From contig OW818675.1 in assembly GCA_942493095.1 (NCBI GenBank), positions 360,001-392,000 on the forward strand: DNA of 32,000 nt. The letters are read 5' to 3'. A program made the position numbers and the translations under genes. Positions 1-8,660 of the stretch are shown in pieces (position 1 is the stretch's first letter; every line of letters starts with the position of its first letter). This stretch comes from Candidatus Electronema halotolerans. Its GTDB lineage: Bacteria > Desulfobacterota > Desulfobulbia > Desulfobulbales > Desulfobulbaceae. The notes beneath the pieces are model-generated. The model had not been told where the DNA came from and searched no databases. It was given only the letters and a program-made list of their open reading frames with translations.

Positions 1-521
1 GAACTGTCCAGTCATGTTGGGCCGCTGCTGTCATGGCCCTGTTTTTCCTGCTGTCCAGCGCAGCAGCATCTGCTGCCGGAACCGAACTTGCTGTTCTCAG
101 CATTCAGGATGTGCTGACCAAGTCCTCAGCAGGTCTGTCTGCCAAAAGCAAGATGGAAAGGCGGATGAAGGAGCTGCGCAATGGGCTTGAAAAGGATAAG
201 AAAGAATTGCTCGCCCTTCAGGATGAGATGAAGAAAAAGGCCTCTGTCTGGAGCGAGGAGAAGAAGCAGGAGGAAGGACTTGAATTCCAAAAAAAGCGCA
301 ATGCCCTGAGCGTGAAGCAGGACAATGCCAATTTGGAAATGCGCAATCTGGAAAAGCGCTATTTGAATCCGATCATGGAAAAGCTGGAAGGCATTGTCAA
401 AGATGTGGCTGGCAAAAAAGGCTACACAGTGGTGCTGCCCAGCACCTCTGTGCTCTACTTCAGCAACCGCGTCGATATTACGGACGAAGTCATCAAAAGC
501 CTCAACGCCAGGATGAAATAG
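1..521 (+). CDS. skp: OmpH/Skp-family periplasmic chaperone (probably 5'-truncated by the window edge)
   Basis: ORF 33..521, but the frame stays open back to nt 3. Hydrophobic signal-like N-terminus (ALFFLLSSAAASAAG), then a K/E-rich helical region and a C-terminal GYTVVL...DITDEVI segment typical of OmpH/Skp. Confidence 0.7.
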   Translation, partial: TVQSCWAAAVMALFFLLSSAAASAAGTELAVLSIQDVLTKSSAGLSAKSKMERRMKELRNGLEKDKKELLALQDEMKKKASVWSEEKKQEEGLEFQKKRNALSVKQDNANLEMRNLEKRYLNPIMEKLEGIVKDVAGKKGYTVVLPSTSVLYFSNRVDITDEVIKSLNARMK

Positions 522-531
522 GGGCCGCAGG

Positions 532-1359
532 ATGAATCCCTACCAGTTCCTGCGGCACACGCCCGGCAGCAACTGCGGCGACTGCGGCTGGCCGACCTGT
601 CTCGCCTTTGCCGCCGCAGTCACCAAGGCCGGAGTCCAAGCTGACCGCTGTCCGCATTTGCAGCGGGAGGGACTGCCGCCGGAACTGCTTGGCATGAACA
701 GTGCTGCTGCTGCGGATGATGCGCTGGAGCGGGGCGAGGAGAAGCGGCACACTGCCTTGGCCGCCCATCTGCGAAGCAAGATGGAAGGACTGGATTTGTC
801 CAGCTTGGCTCCTCACCTCGGCGCGGAGTGGTCAGCGGATGACCCTGATCTGCTGCACTTTTCCTTTCTCAACCGCCCGGTGCGGCTGGGTGCAGCGGGA
901 GTTTTTTTGGACGGCGGCGAGCCTGCTGATCCCAGAGACCAAATTCTCTTGTACAATTACGTGGCCTTATGCAGCGCAGGTCAGGCGAGAAAGCCGGAAG
1001 GCATCTGGCTGGGCATGGAGAGTCTGCCCAATTCGATAGCCAAAATCCGCACCTTGGCCACGTACTGTGAAGAGCGGCTGGCGGAACGCTTCAGCGGTCG
1101 CCTCAGCAAGCTGACCGCGCTCTGCGCCGCCTTGGCCGCAAAGCCTGCTGCGGGCCAGAGCGCGGACGCAGCCTTCCTCATTCCCGTCCTGCCCTGTGTC
1201 CCTCTCCTGCTCCTGTTCTGGGAGGCAGAGCCGGAAGACGGGTTCGCGGCCAAGGTCAAAGTGCTTGTTGATCAGCACGTCCTTGATTTTCTCGATCTGG
1301 AATCCTTGGTCTTTGCTGCTGAACGCATGGCAGACCGGCTGCTGGAGCTGGATAGCTGA
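532..1359 (+). CDS. DUF3786-like protein with an N-terminal small Fe-S binding Cys motif
   Basis: N-terminus NCGDCGWPTCLAFAAAV...RCPHL (C-x2-C-x4-C-x16-C) resembles the Fe-S domain at the N-terminus of corrinoid Fe-S proteins. The remainder recalls DUF3786. Its stop overlaps the next start (TGATG). Confidence 0.55.
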   Translation: MNPYQFLRHTPGSNCGDCGWPTCLAFAAAVTKAGVQADRCPHLQREGLPPELLGMNSAAAADDALERGEEKRHTALAAHLRSKMEGLDLSSLAPHLGAEWSADDPDLLHFSFLNRPVRLGAAGVFLDGGEPADPRDQILLYNYVALCSAGQARKPEGIWLGMESLPNSIAKIRTLATYCEERLAERFSGRLSKLTALCAALAAKPAAGQSADAAFLIPVLPCVPLLLLFWEAEPEDGFAAKVKVLVDQHVLDFLDLESLVFAAERMADRLLELDS

Positions 1360-2348
1360 TGCTGGGCACGGCAGTTGACCGCTTTGCTGCAGCCAATATC
1401 CTGGTCATCGGCGATGTGATTCTTGATCAGTTCATCTGGGGCACGGTGACGCGGATTTCCCCGGAAGCGCCAGTGCCGGTGGTCAATGTGACCAAAGAGG
1501 AGCTGCTTCTTGGCGGCAGTGCCAATGTGGTGCGGAACATCATTTCGCTCAGCGGCAGGGCAGCCCTGTGCGGCATTATCGGCGATGATGCGATGGGCGC
1601 GGAATTGCTCGCCCTGATGCAGGCCGCAGGCGCGTCTGCGGACGGCTTGATCAAAGGCCGCCGTCCGACCACGATCAAAACACGGGTCGTGGCCCAGAGC
1701 CAGCAGGTGGTGCGTTATGACCGGGAGCAAGTCGGCCCGCCCTCAGCGCAGACCTTGCAGCGGCTGCTGACTTATTTGGAACAGCATCTTGCTGACTTTG
1801 ACGCAGTCTTAGTTTCTGACTATGCCAAGGGCGTGATCTGCGCCCCGCTGATGCGGCTGCTGCATGACTTGCTGACCGAACTGCGCGGGCAAGGCCGATT
1901 TCTGCCCTTGATTGTTGATCCCAAGCCGGTCAATGCCGATAAGTTCATTGGCGCGACTGTGATCACCCCGAACAACTTTGAGGCGGCCAAACTCAGCGGG
2001 ATTGAGATTGTTGATGAGGATTCGCTGCTTGCCGCTGCCCGCCAGATCAAAAAGAATGTAGCCTGCGAGGCAGTGCTGGTCACACGAGGCGAGGCAGGCA
2101 TGGCCCTGCTGGAAGGTGAAAAAGACATGGTTTTTATTCCGACAATGGCGCAGGAAGTCTATGACGTGACTGGCGCGGGCGACACGGTTGCCGCCGCCAT
2201 GTCCTTGAGTTTGGCGGCAGGCTGCTCCATGACGGAAGCGGCGGTGCTCGCCAATCATGCCGCCGGCATTGTGGTCGGCAAGGTCGGCACAGCCTCGGTC
2301 AGCCGGGATGAGCTGCTGACCGCTTTGGACAACAAGGAGGGACGATGA
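1359..2348 (+). CDS. hldA: D-glycero-beta-D-manno-heptose-7-phosphate kinase (RfaE domain I / pfkB sugar kinase), stand-alone
   Basis: ILVIGDVILDQFIWG..ISPEAPVPVV N-terminus and the DVTGAGDT motif of the ribokinase/pfkB fold. 329 aa with no fused adenylyltransferase domain. Confidence 0.8.
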   Translation: MLGTAVDRFAAANILVIGDVILDQFIWGTVTRISPEAPVPVVNVTKEELLLGGSANVVRNIISLSGRAALCGIIGDDAMGAELLALMQAAGASADGLIKGRRPTTIKTRVVAQSQQVVRYDREQVGPPSAQTLQRLLTYLEQHLADFDAVLVSDYAKGVICAPLMRLLHDLLTELRGQGRFLPLIVDPKPVNADKFIGATVITPNNFEAAKLSGIEIVDEDSLLAAARQIKKNVACEAVLVTRGEAGMALLEGEKDMVFIPTMAQEVYDVTGAGDTVAAAMSLSLAAGCSMTEAAVLANHAAGIVVGKVGTASVSRDELLTALDNKEGR

Positions 2349-3226
2349 GGCCGCGCAGCATGACCGGTTTTGGCCGGGGAACAGCAGAGGCGGGGGGACG
2401 GACCTGGACAGCGGAAATCCGCACCGTCAATCACCGTTTTCTCGAACAGCGGGTGACGCTGCCCGGAGCCTTTGCCGGGCTGGAGGAGCGGGTTAAAAAG
2501 TTAGTGGCCGGACAGCAGGATCGGGGCCGGACCGAAGTCAGCCTTTCCTGCCAAGGCGAGGTCTCTGGCAGGCCGCTGTTGACCCTTGATCTGGACTTGG
2601 CCCGGCAATACCATCGCTGCCTGCTTCAGCTCAACCGGCAGCTCAATCTTGACAGCCCAATCAGCCTGACTGACCTGCTGGCCCAGCGCGGCGTGGTGGT
2701 CCAGCAGGAGCAGAGCGCGGACATGGAACAGGAATGGCCCCTGATTGAGCGGGCCGTGCTGGCAGCCTTAGCTGACTGCGCCCAGATGCGCGAGCAGGAA
2801 GGTCAAGCCCTCAAGGCGGAGCTAAACAGCCGTCTGACCCATTTTGCCGCATTGGTTGAGGAAATAGAAGCATCCATCCCCCAGATCATTGCCCAGCGGC
2901 ATCAGGAATTAAAGGAGCGGATTGCCAAGCTGCTCGCAGACATGGAGCTGGATCCGGCCCGCTTGGCCCAGGAGGCGGCAGTCATGGCGGACAAGGCTGA
3001 TGTCACTGAGGAAGTGGTGCGCCTCAAGAGCCATATCAGCCAGTTCCGCAGCTTTCTTGACAGCGGCGAGCCAGTCGGACGGCGGCTGGACTTTCTTTTG
3101 CAGGAATTTCTCCGCGAGGTGAACACCTTGGCCTCAAAAATCGCCAATGCGAAAATTGCCCGCTTTGGCGTGGAGATGAAGAACGAGATCGAAAAGCTGC
3201 GCGAGCAAGTGCAGAACATCGAATAA
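2345..3226 (+). CDS. yicC: YicC/YloC-family stress-induced protein (endoribonuclease YicC)
   Basis: N-terminal RSMTGFGRG, TVNHRFL, and C-terminal EFLREVNTLASK...EIEKLREQVQNIE. ATGA overlap with the upstream gene. Confidence 0.85.
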   Translation: MRPRSMTGFGRGTAEAGGRTWTAEIRTVNHRFLEQRVTLPGAFAGLEERVKKLVAGQQDRGRTEVSLSCQGEVSGRPLLTLDLDLARQYHRCLLQLNRQLNLDSPISLTDLLAQRGVVVQQEQSADMEQEWPLIERAVLAALADCAQMREQEGQALKAELNSRLTHFAALVEEIEASIPQIIAQRHQELKERIAKLLADMELDPARLAQEAAVMADKADVTEEVVRLKSHISQFRSFLDSGEPVGRRLDFLLQEFLREVNTLASKIANAKIARFGVEMKNEIEKLREQVQNIE

Positions 3227-3522
3227 TGGACCACCGGCTCATCAACGTCGGCTTTGGTAACGCTATCAAGATCAGCCGCATCTTGGCCGTGGTCAACCCT
3301 GGCTCCTCGCCGATCCGCAAGCTCAAAGAGGAGGCCCGGCAGGAGCAGCGGCTGATTGATGTGACCGAAGGCCGCCGCACCCGCGCCATCATCATCTTGG
3401 ACAGCGGCCATCTGGTGCTGACCTCGGTGCAGCCGGAAACCATCAGCCAGCGGCTGGCCGCCTTGGACAGAGGCTGCGCCAATCCGGCCCGTCTGCTTCA
3501 GGAGAACAACATTGATGAATGA
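3226..3522 (+). CDS. remA: DUF370 / RemA-family regulator
   Basis: MDHRLINVGFGN...VNPGSSPIRKL...LIDVTEGRRTRAIIILDSGH matches RemA/DUF370. The yicC-remA-gmk order is conserved. Confidence 0.8.
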   Translation: MDHRLINVGFGNAIKISRILAVVNPGSSPIRKLKEEARQEQRLIDVTEGRRTRAIIILDSGHLVLTSVQPETISQRLAALDRGCANPARLLQENNIDE

Positions 3523-4114
3523 GGGATTTCTGCTCGTGCTGTCCGCGCCGTCCGGCTGCGGCAAAACCACCATCCTCCGGCAGGTCATGGCTGATTTGCC
3601 CGGCCTGTCCTTTTCTGTTTCCCACACCACCCGCCAGCCCCGGCCCGGCGAAGCAAACGGGCGCGATTATCACTTTGTCAGCCCGGAGCAGTTCCTTGCC
3701 CTCCGCGACCAGCAGCCGTCCGGTTTTCTTGAATGGGCTGAAGTGCATGGCAATTTCTACGGCACCTCGCGGCAGGAGGTTGCGCAGCGTCTGAGCGCAG
3801 GTGCGGATGTTATTTTAGATATTGATGTGCAGGGCGCAGCGCAGGTTCGCAGCAATGCCGAGCCAGTGACCGTCTTTATTGCCCCGCCTTCGCTGGATGA
3901 ACTGGAGCGGCGGCTGCGCGGGCGCGGCACCGAGAACGAGGACAGTCTGCGCCGTCGGTTAGCCAATGCGGCCCAGGAAATGCAGGCTGCGGATGCCTAC
4001 ACCTACCTGATTGTCAATGACCGGCTGGATGAGGCGGTGCAGGCTTTAAAGGCCGTAATCATTGCGGAACGCTGCCGCCAAAGGAGAAGCCGATCCATTG
4101 AACGGTTCCTGTAG
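3512..4114 (+). CDS. gmk: Guanylate kinase
   Basis: P-loop SAPSGCGKTT, TTRQPRPGE, EWAEVHGNFYGTS, and the lid RLRGRGTE. Confidence 0.9.
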   Translation: MMNEGFLLVLSAPSGCGKTTILRQVMADLPGLSFSVSHTTRQPRPGEANGRDYHFVSPEQFLALRDQQPSGFLEWAEVHGNFYGTSRQEVAQRLSAGADVILDIDVQGAAQVRSNAEPVTVFIAPPSLDELERRLRGRGTENEDSLRRRLANAAQEMQAADAYTYLIVNDRLDEAVQALKAVIIAERCRQRRSRSIERFL

Positions 4115-4225
4115 AACAGCAGTAATGGGGAACTGTGAGTGGTAAATGGCTTTTTCAACGTCGGCTGATTCGCAAAAATAACGGTTTTCTGCCGGTGCTG
4201 CCGGACTTCCAGTCGGGTGGTCTGT

Positions 4226-5476
4226 TTAGTCGTCGTCAGCCGGTTGAGCAGTCAGCTCTGTAACTGTAACCACGCATTTGACACTTCCCTTATCAAGAAT
4301 CAGCTCAATCTCCTCGCCAGGCCGCACTTGCTCGGCAGCAGTGACCACCGCTCCGCCTATTTTCCGCGCCATCGCATAACCCCTTGCCAGCACAGCTAAA
4401 GGACTGACTGCCTCCAGCAGTCCTGCGGCATGGGCAAGGGCCTGCTGCTTGCGGCGGAGCAGCCGAGAACCTGCCTGCGCCAGCCGCTGCTCCAGCTCGG
4501 CTGTTTTCTTCTGATGCAGGCGCACGGTCTGGGCCGGACTGCGCTGCTGGAGACGGCGTGCTGCCGCTGCAAGCTGGCTCTGCTTGGCAGCCAGCAGCTT
4601 GGCCAAGGCCTGATGCAGCCTCTGAGCCAGCTCCTCGGTCTGGGCAGAGAGCACCGCGCTGTCTGGCAGGAGCAGCTCTGCTGCCGCGCTGGGCGTGGGC
4701 GCACGGAGATCAGCGGCAAAATCGGCAATGGTGAAATCGATTTCATGACCAACCGCGCTGACCACAGGAATGGCCGATTGATAGATGGCCCGCGCCAGCA
4801 GCTCATCGTTGAAGGCGGCCAAATCCTCAAACGAGCCGCCGCCCCGGCAGAGAACAATGATTTCCGTGTCTGTCCGCCCGGCCTGCGCCTGCCGGTTGAT
4901 TTCGGCCACTGCCTCGCGCAGCTCTGCTGCCGCACTGTTTCCCTGCACCGTGACTGGATAAATGCTGATTCGGGTCTGCGGACAGCGGCGGCTGGCCACC
5001 CGGATGAAGTCATGCACTGCCGCGCCAGTGGGCGAAGTGACCAAGGTGAGATGGGCGGGCAGGGGCGGCAGCGGCTTTTTCCGTTCCTGGGCAAACAGCC
5101 CTTCCGCAGCCAGCCGCTGTTTGAGCTGCTCAAAGGCAAGGCGCAGGCTGCCCGCGCCCTGATAGTCCAGCCCGTCAGCAATGAGCTGGCAGTCGCCGCG
5201 CTGGGCATAGACCGAGAGCCTGCCCCGGCAGATGACCATGTCGCCGTCCTTGGGCTGCCGGGCGAGAAAACGCCGCTGCATGCGGAAGAGCACGACCCTG
5301 ATCTGGGCCTGCTCATCCTTGAGGGTGAAATAAAGATGGCCGGAGGCTGGCTGGCAAAGGCCGGAAATTTCCCCGACCACTTGGATGCTGGCAAAGCAGC
5401 CTTCCAGAACTGTGCGGGCGGCGGCTGTCAGCTCGGCCACGCTGAAGAGGTGCTCAGTCTCCGGCAGAGATTGCAT
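4226..5476 (-). CDS. xseA: Exodeoxyribonuclease VII large subunit
   Basis: N-terminal OB-fold segment (VVGEISGLCQPASGHLYFTLKD..IRVVLF), central LVTSPTGAAVHDF...CRGGGSFEDL, and a long coiled-coil C-terminus. Confidence 0.85.
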   Translation of the reverse strand: MQSLPETEHLFSVAELTAAARTVLEGCFASIQVVGEISGLCQPASGHLYFTLKDEQAQIRVVLFRMQRRFLARQPKDGDMVICRGRLSVYAQRGDCQLIADGLDYQGAGSLRLAFEQLKQRLAAEGLFAQERKKPLPPLPAHLTLVTSPTGAAVHDFIRVASRRCPQTRISIYPVTVQGNSAAAELREAVAEINRQAQAGRTDTEIIVLCRGGGSFEDLAAFNDELLARAIYQSAIPVVSAVGHEIDFTIADFAADLRAPTPSAAAELLLPDSAVLSAQTEELAQRLHQALAKLLAAKQSQLAAAARRLQQRSPAQTVRLHQKKTAELEQRLAQAGSRLLRRKQQALAHAAGLLEAVSPLAVLARGYAMARKIGGAVVTAAEQVRPGEEIELILDKGSVKCVVTVTELTAQPADDD

Positions 5477-6052
5477 TCAGGTGCTCTGCCAGCGTGGCAG
5501 TTCCTCAATGCGGATGCCGAGCAGATCGCAGAGCCGTCCGGCAAACTGGCGGGCCATGCTCGGCAAATCAGGGGGATGGAGATAAAAGGAAGGCATGGGC
5601 GGACAGATGATGGCCCCGGCATCGTGCAGGGTGAGCATGTTGCGCAGGTGGCTGCGGTTGAGCGGGGTCTCGCGCACAGCCAAGAGCAGAGGCCGCCGCT
5701 CCTTGAGAGTCACGTCTGCGGCCCGGTGAATCAGGTTGCCGGACCAGCCTGCGGCAATCGCCCCCAGCGTGCCGACCGTGCAGGGGAGAATGAGCATGGC
5801 ATCATAGCAGGCCGAACCGGAGGCGGGCAGGGCCGTGAAGTCATCCGCAGCAAACCAGCGGCTGATGCCGGGCAGCTCCTGCGGCGACAGACCCAGCTCC
5901 AGCCGCAGCACCTTGCTGCCAGACTCGGAAATGACGGCATGAAGCTCAACATCCTGCCCGGCCAGCAGGTCCAGAAGGGCAGTGACATAAATCATGCCGC
6001 TGGCCCCGGTGATGCCAAGCAGGAGACGGCGGCAATCAGTGCGGCTTGTCAA
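5477..6052 (-). CDS. ubiX: Flavin prenyltransferase UbiX
   Basis: LLLGITGASGMIY..., PCTVGTLGAIAAGWSGNLIHRAADVTLKERRPLLL. TTG start preceded by GAGGAA. Directly abuts the xseA start. Confidence 0.85.
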   Translation of the reverse strand: MTSRTDCRRLLLGITGASGMIYVTALLDLLAGQDVELHAVISESGSKVLRLELGLSPQELPGISRWFAADDFTALPASGSACYDAMLILPCTVGTLGAIAAGWSGNLIHRAADVTLKERRPLLLAVRETPLNRSHLRNMLTLHDAGAIICPPMPSFYLHPPDLPSMARQFAGRLCDLLGIRIEELPRWQST

Positions 6053-6083
6053 TATTTCCTCGCTAAATGAGATGGTTCCAAAG

Positions 6084-6749
6084 TCAGCCTTTGGGCTGCA
6101 TCAGCTTCAGCATGGCTTGGATTAGCTGATCCGCTCCCGCGCCGATCTGATCAACCCGCGAATCGAGCATATAGCAGGGTGTGGTCACAACTTTGTTGGC
6201 CTGATCAACAGCAACCTCGCCTTGCCGGGTCGGGGCATGACTGCCGCCCATTGCGCTGATGTTCGCAGCAGTGTCTGCGTCCTGTCCGGCAGTGACTGTC
6301 ACTTTGCCCAGCACTTTGGCGACAATGACCGGGGCAATGCAGAGCGCGCCGATGGGCTTTCCAGCGTGGTGTATGGTCTGAATCGCCCGCGCCACGTCCG
6401 GGTTGACCGTGCAGTCAGGGCCATCAAAGGCGTAGGTGCAGAGATTTTTGGCTGCGCCGACACCGCCGGGAATGACGAGGCCGTCAAAGGCGGCAGCGTC
6501 AAACTGAGCCAAGTCCTTGATCTTGCCGCGAGCAATGCGGGCCGCTTCAATCAGCATGTTGCGCTGCTCCGGCATCTCCTCGCCGTTGAGATGGTTGAGG
6601 ACGTGGTGCTGCTTGCTGTTCGGGGCAAAGCACTGATACTCTGCGCCGTTCTTGTGAATGGCCCAGAGGGTCAGCGTGGCCTCGTGGATTTCCGAGCCGT
6701 CCCGGTGGCCGCAACCACAGAGGATGACGGCAATTTTTTTATTGGACAT
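6084..6749 (-). CDS. elbB: Isoprenoid biosynthesis glyoxalase ElbB (DJ-1/PfpI superfamily)
   Basis: Near-colinear with E. coli ElbB as I recall it: KIAVILCGCGHRDGSEIHEATLTL...CFAPN...LIEAARIARG...PGGVGAAKNL...VVTTPCYML. Confidence 0.85.
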   Translation of the reverse strand: MSNKKIAVILCGCGHRDGSEIHEATLTLWAIHKNGAEYQCFAPNSKQHHVLNHLNGEEMPEQRNMLIEAARIARGKIKDLAQFDAAAFDGLVIPGGVGAAKNLCTYAFDGPDCTVNPDVARAIQTIHHAGKPIGALCIAPVIVAKVLGKVTVTAGQDADTAANISAMGGSHAPTRQGEVAVDQANKVVTTPCYMLDSRVDQIGAGADQLIQAMLKLMQPKG

Positions 6750-6870
6750 TAGGGTTCCCCTTGTCGCTGTTCGTACCCACAGAGTGTTTTCCGCAGACGG
6801 CGGACAGCGGTCTCATGGAAAAATTTAACTGCCCACACTTTATCCAGTCACGGTCAGCTCCTGCGCCATA

Positions 6871-6905
6871 AAAAAGGCCGCAGCCCGAAAGCTGCGGCCT
6901 TTTTC
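6871..6905 (-). terminator. Rho-independent terminator downstream of atpE (bidirectional A/T flanks)
   Basis: Perfect 9-bp GC-rich stem GGCCGCAGC / GCTGCGGCC (6876-6884 and 6891-6899) with a 6-nt loop. Flanked by A5 on one side and T5 on the other. Lies 18 nt after the atpE stop. Confidence 0.8.
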
Positions 6906-6922
6906 TCCTGCTTCAGTCTGAA

Positions 6923-7171
6923 TCAGCCAAGCAGCGGATTGGCAAAGAGCAGGATGATGGAGATGACCAGACCATAAATGGCAATGGACTCGATCAGAGC
7001 CATGCCAAGAATCATGGTGGTGGTGATCGGCCCTTTGGCCTCCGGGTTGCGGGCGATGCCGCTGCATGCGCTCTCAACACCGCGTCCCATGCCAAGACCG
7101 GCACCTAAGCCGGCCAGTCCAACGGATGTCGCAGCTGCGAAGCAAATCAGCGCGATAGACAGCTTGTCCAT
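6923..7171 (-). CDS. atpE: F0F1 ATP synthase subunit c
   Basis: 82-aa hairpin proteolipid: GLAGLGAGLGMG...ARNPE...MALIESIAIYGLVISIILLF. Confidence 0.92.
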   Translation of the reverse strand: MDKLSIALICFAAATSVGLAGLGAGLGMGRGVESACSGIARNPEAKGPITTTMILGMALIESIAIYGLVISIILLFANPLLG

Positions 7172-7240
7172 AGTTCTACCTCCAAAAAAGATAAGGATGA
7201 AAAAGTTGGCCTTCTTCTGTTGTGTGCAGCAGGAAAAATC

Positions 7241-7963
7241 TCAGTGAGCGTGCTCCATTGCCCCGACACAGTAAATAACTGCGAGCAGGACAAATACAAG
7301 GGCCTGAATCAGGGAGACAAGCACACCGAGGCATAAGATCGGCAGCGGCGCAAAGAGTGCTCCGGCCAGCATGAAAAGAATCGCCAGCAGAATCTCTTTG
7401 GCTAAAATATTGCCGAAAAGACGCATGGAAAGCGAGACGAGCCGGGCAAAGTTGCCGATCATCTCCAGAACAAACATGAACGGAGCCATGACCGCAATCG
7501 GTCCGGTGAAATGCTGATAATACTTCCAGCCATGACAGCGGAAGCCCAGATAATGATGCACCACCCAGACAATGATGGTCATGGCAAGGGTGATGTTGAT
7601 GCTCGATGTCGGCGACATGAAGCCGGGAATCAGGCCGATCATGTTGGCAAGGGTGATGTAGATAAAGAAGGTGGCCAAGATTGGGAACAGCATTCTCGCC
7701 CGTTCTCTGCCCATGTGTTCGGCAAAAAAATCCATCATGCCGCCGACTACTGCTTCCCAGAAATTCTGGCCAGTGCCGGGCACCAGCTCCAGCTTGCCGA
7801 GCGTCAGCTTGGGCACGACAAAAAGAAAGGCCATGAGCAGCCATGTGTAGGTCAGATACGGCTCGCAGAGCTTTTCTAAAAATGTCGCGCCAATAGCCTC
7901 ATGCGGCACTGGCAGGCCGATCCAGTTCAGTATAACTGAAATGAAAAGAATTGGATGTTCCAT
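7241..7963 (-). CDS. atpB: F0F1 ATP synthase subunit a
   Basis: Polytopic membrane protein with the conserved LSMRLFGNILAKE (essential Arg) segment. Sits directly upstream of atpE. Confidence 0.9.
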   Translation of the reverse strand: MEHPILFISVILNWIGLPVPHEAIGATFLEKLCEPYLTYTWLLMAFLFVVPKLTLGKLELVPGTGQNFWEAVVGGMMDFFAEHMGRERARMLFPILATFFIYITLANMIGLIPGFMSPTSSINITLAMTIIVWVVHHYLGFRCHGWKYYQHFTGPIAVMAPFMFVLEMIGNFARLVSLSMRLFGNILAKEILLAILFMLAGALFAPLPILCLGVLVSLIQALVFVLLAVIYCVGAMEHAH

Positions 7964-7966
7964 GAC

Positions 7967-8401
7967 CTACGCCCCCTTTGCGTGGTTTCCTGAAAATTCT
8001 ATTAAACTGCGGCCAAGGACAACGGCGAAGATGCTGACCATGACCGTGGACAATCCTGCTGCCAAGCCAATAAAATCAATGCGGACGCTCATGCTCAGGC
8101 TGATCAGCAGCAAAGCCAGCATGAGGAGCCGGAAATAAAATGTCACAGCAAGACCTGCTGTCGCTCCTTGATGTTGGCTGCCAATTTGACTGACCAACCT
8201 GAACACAGTTCGTTTAAGGAGTAAAAAGCTGCTGTTGGCCAGCACGCCGCCGAGCAGGGCTGAACCAGCGAAACGCTGGCCTGCCAGCAGCCAACTGATC
8301 AAAACAAGCAGGGTCAGTAGGACAAAGCTGCATTGCTCAACCCGACGGATCAGGAGATAATCATCCTCTTGCCTGTTCTCCAGCTTATTTTTTCTGGTCA
8401 T
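7967..8401 (-). CDS. atpI: ATP synthase protein I (AtpI-like membrane protein)
   Basis: 144-aa, four-TM hydrophobic protein immediately upstream of atpB. The call rests on position and size. Confidence 0.65.
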   Translation of the reverse strand: MTRKNKLENRQEDDYLLIRRVEQCSFVLLTLLVLISWLLAGQRFAGSALLGGVLANSSFLLLKRTVFRLVSQIGSQHQGATAGLAVTFYFRLLMLALLLISLSMSVRIDFIGLAAGLSTVMVSIFAVVLGRSLIEFSGNHAKGA

Positions 8402-8624
8402 CCTTGGCGATTCTTTGGCTCATGTCCCAAAGCTGCTTGAAGCCTGCGGCAATGCCGAAGCCGAGAAAGATGAAGGTCAGCCACGGAGCGGTCCGGCCTG
8501 CAAAGACCTTGTTATCCAAATACCAGCCCAAGCCGAGGCCAATCACCACGCAAAAAGCAAAGCTGCTGCCGCTCTGGCCATAAACAGCCAAGTCTGTCAA
8601 AATGCCTTTTTTTTTGTCCGGCAT
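8385..8624 (-). CDS. atpZ: AtpZ/AtpI-family small membrane protein (putative F0F1-ATPase accessory subunit)
   Basis: Two-TM ~79-aa protein. The first ATG is at 8624 (MPDKKKG...), whereas the ORF-track start at 8660 is a TTG. It overlaps atpI by 17 nt. Confidence 0.6.
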   Translation of the reverse strand: MPDKKKGILTDLAVYGQSGSSFAFCVVIGLGLGWYLDNKVFAGRTAPWLTFIFLGFGIAAGFKQLWDMSQRIAKDDQKK

Positions 8625-8660
8625 GGTGTTGTGTGCAAGCAGCGGCGGAACCTTCCGCAA

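Noticed and set aside
4430-6070. A 546-aa ORF on the plus strand spanning the xseA/ubiX junction
   Set aside because: It is antisense to two confidently recognised genes. Its composition (L/G/A/R/Q-rich, no recognisable motifs) is typical of shadow ORFs opposite GC-rich coding sequence. There is no SD, and it crosses a gene boundary.
8607-8615. A9/T9 homopolymer six nucleotides into atpZ (similar A8/T8 runs at 25176-25183, 30244-30251 and 30404-30411) as phase-variation switches
   Set aside because: They simply encode Lys-Lys-Lys or Phe-Phe-Phe in otherwise intact frames. There is no evidence of frame disruption, and such runs are common for KKK motifs.
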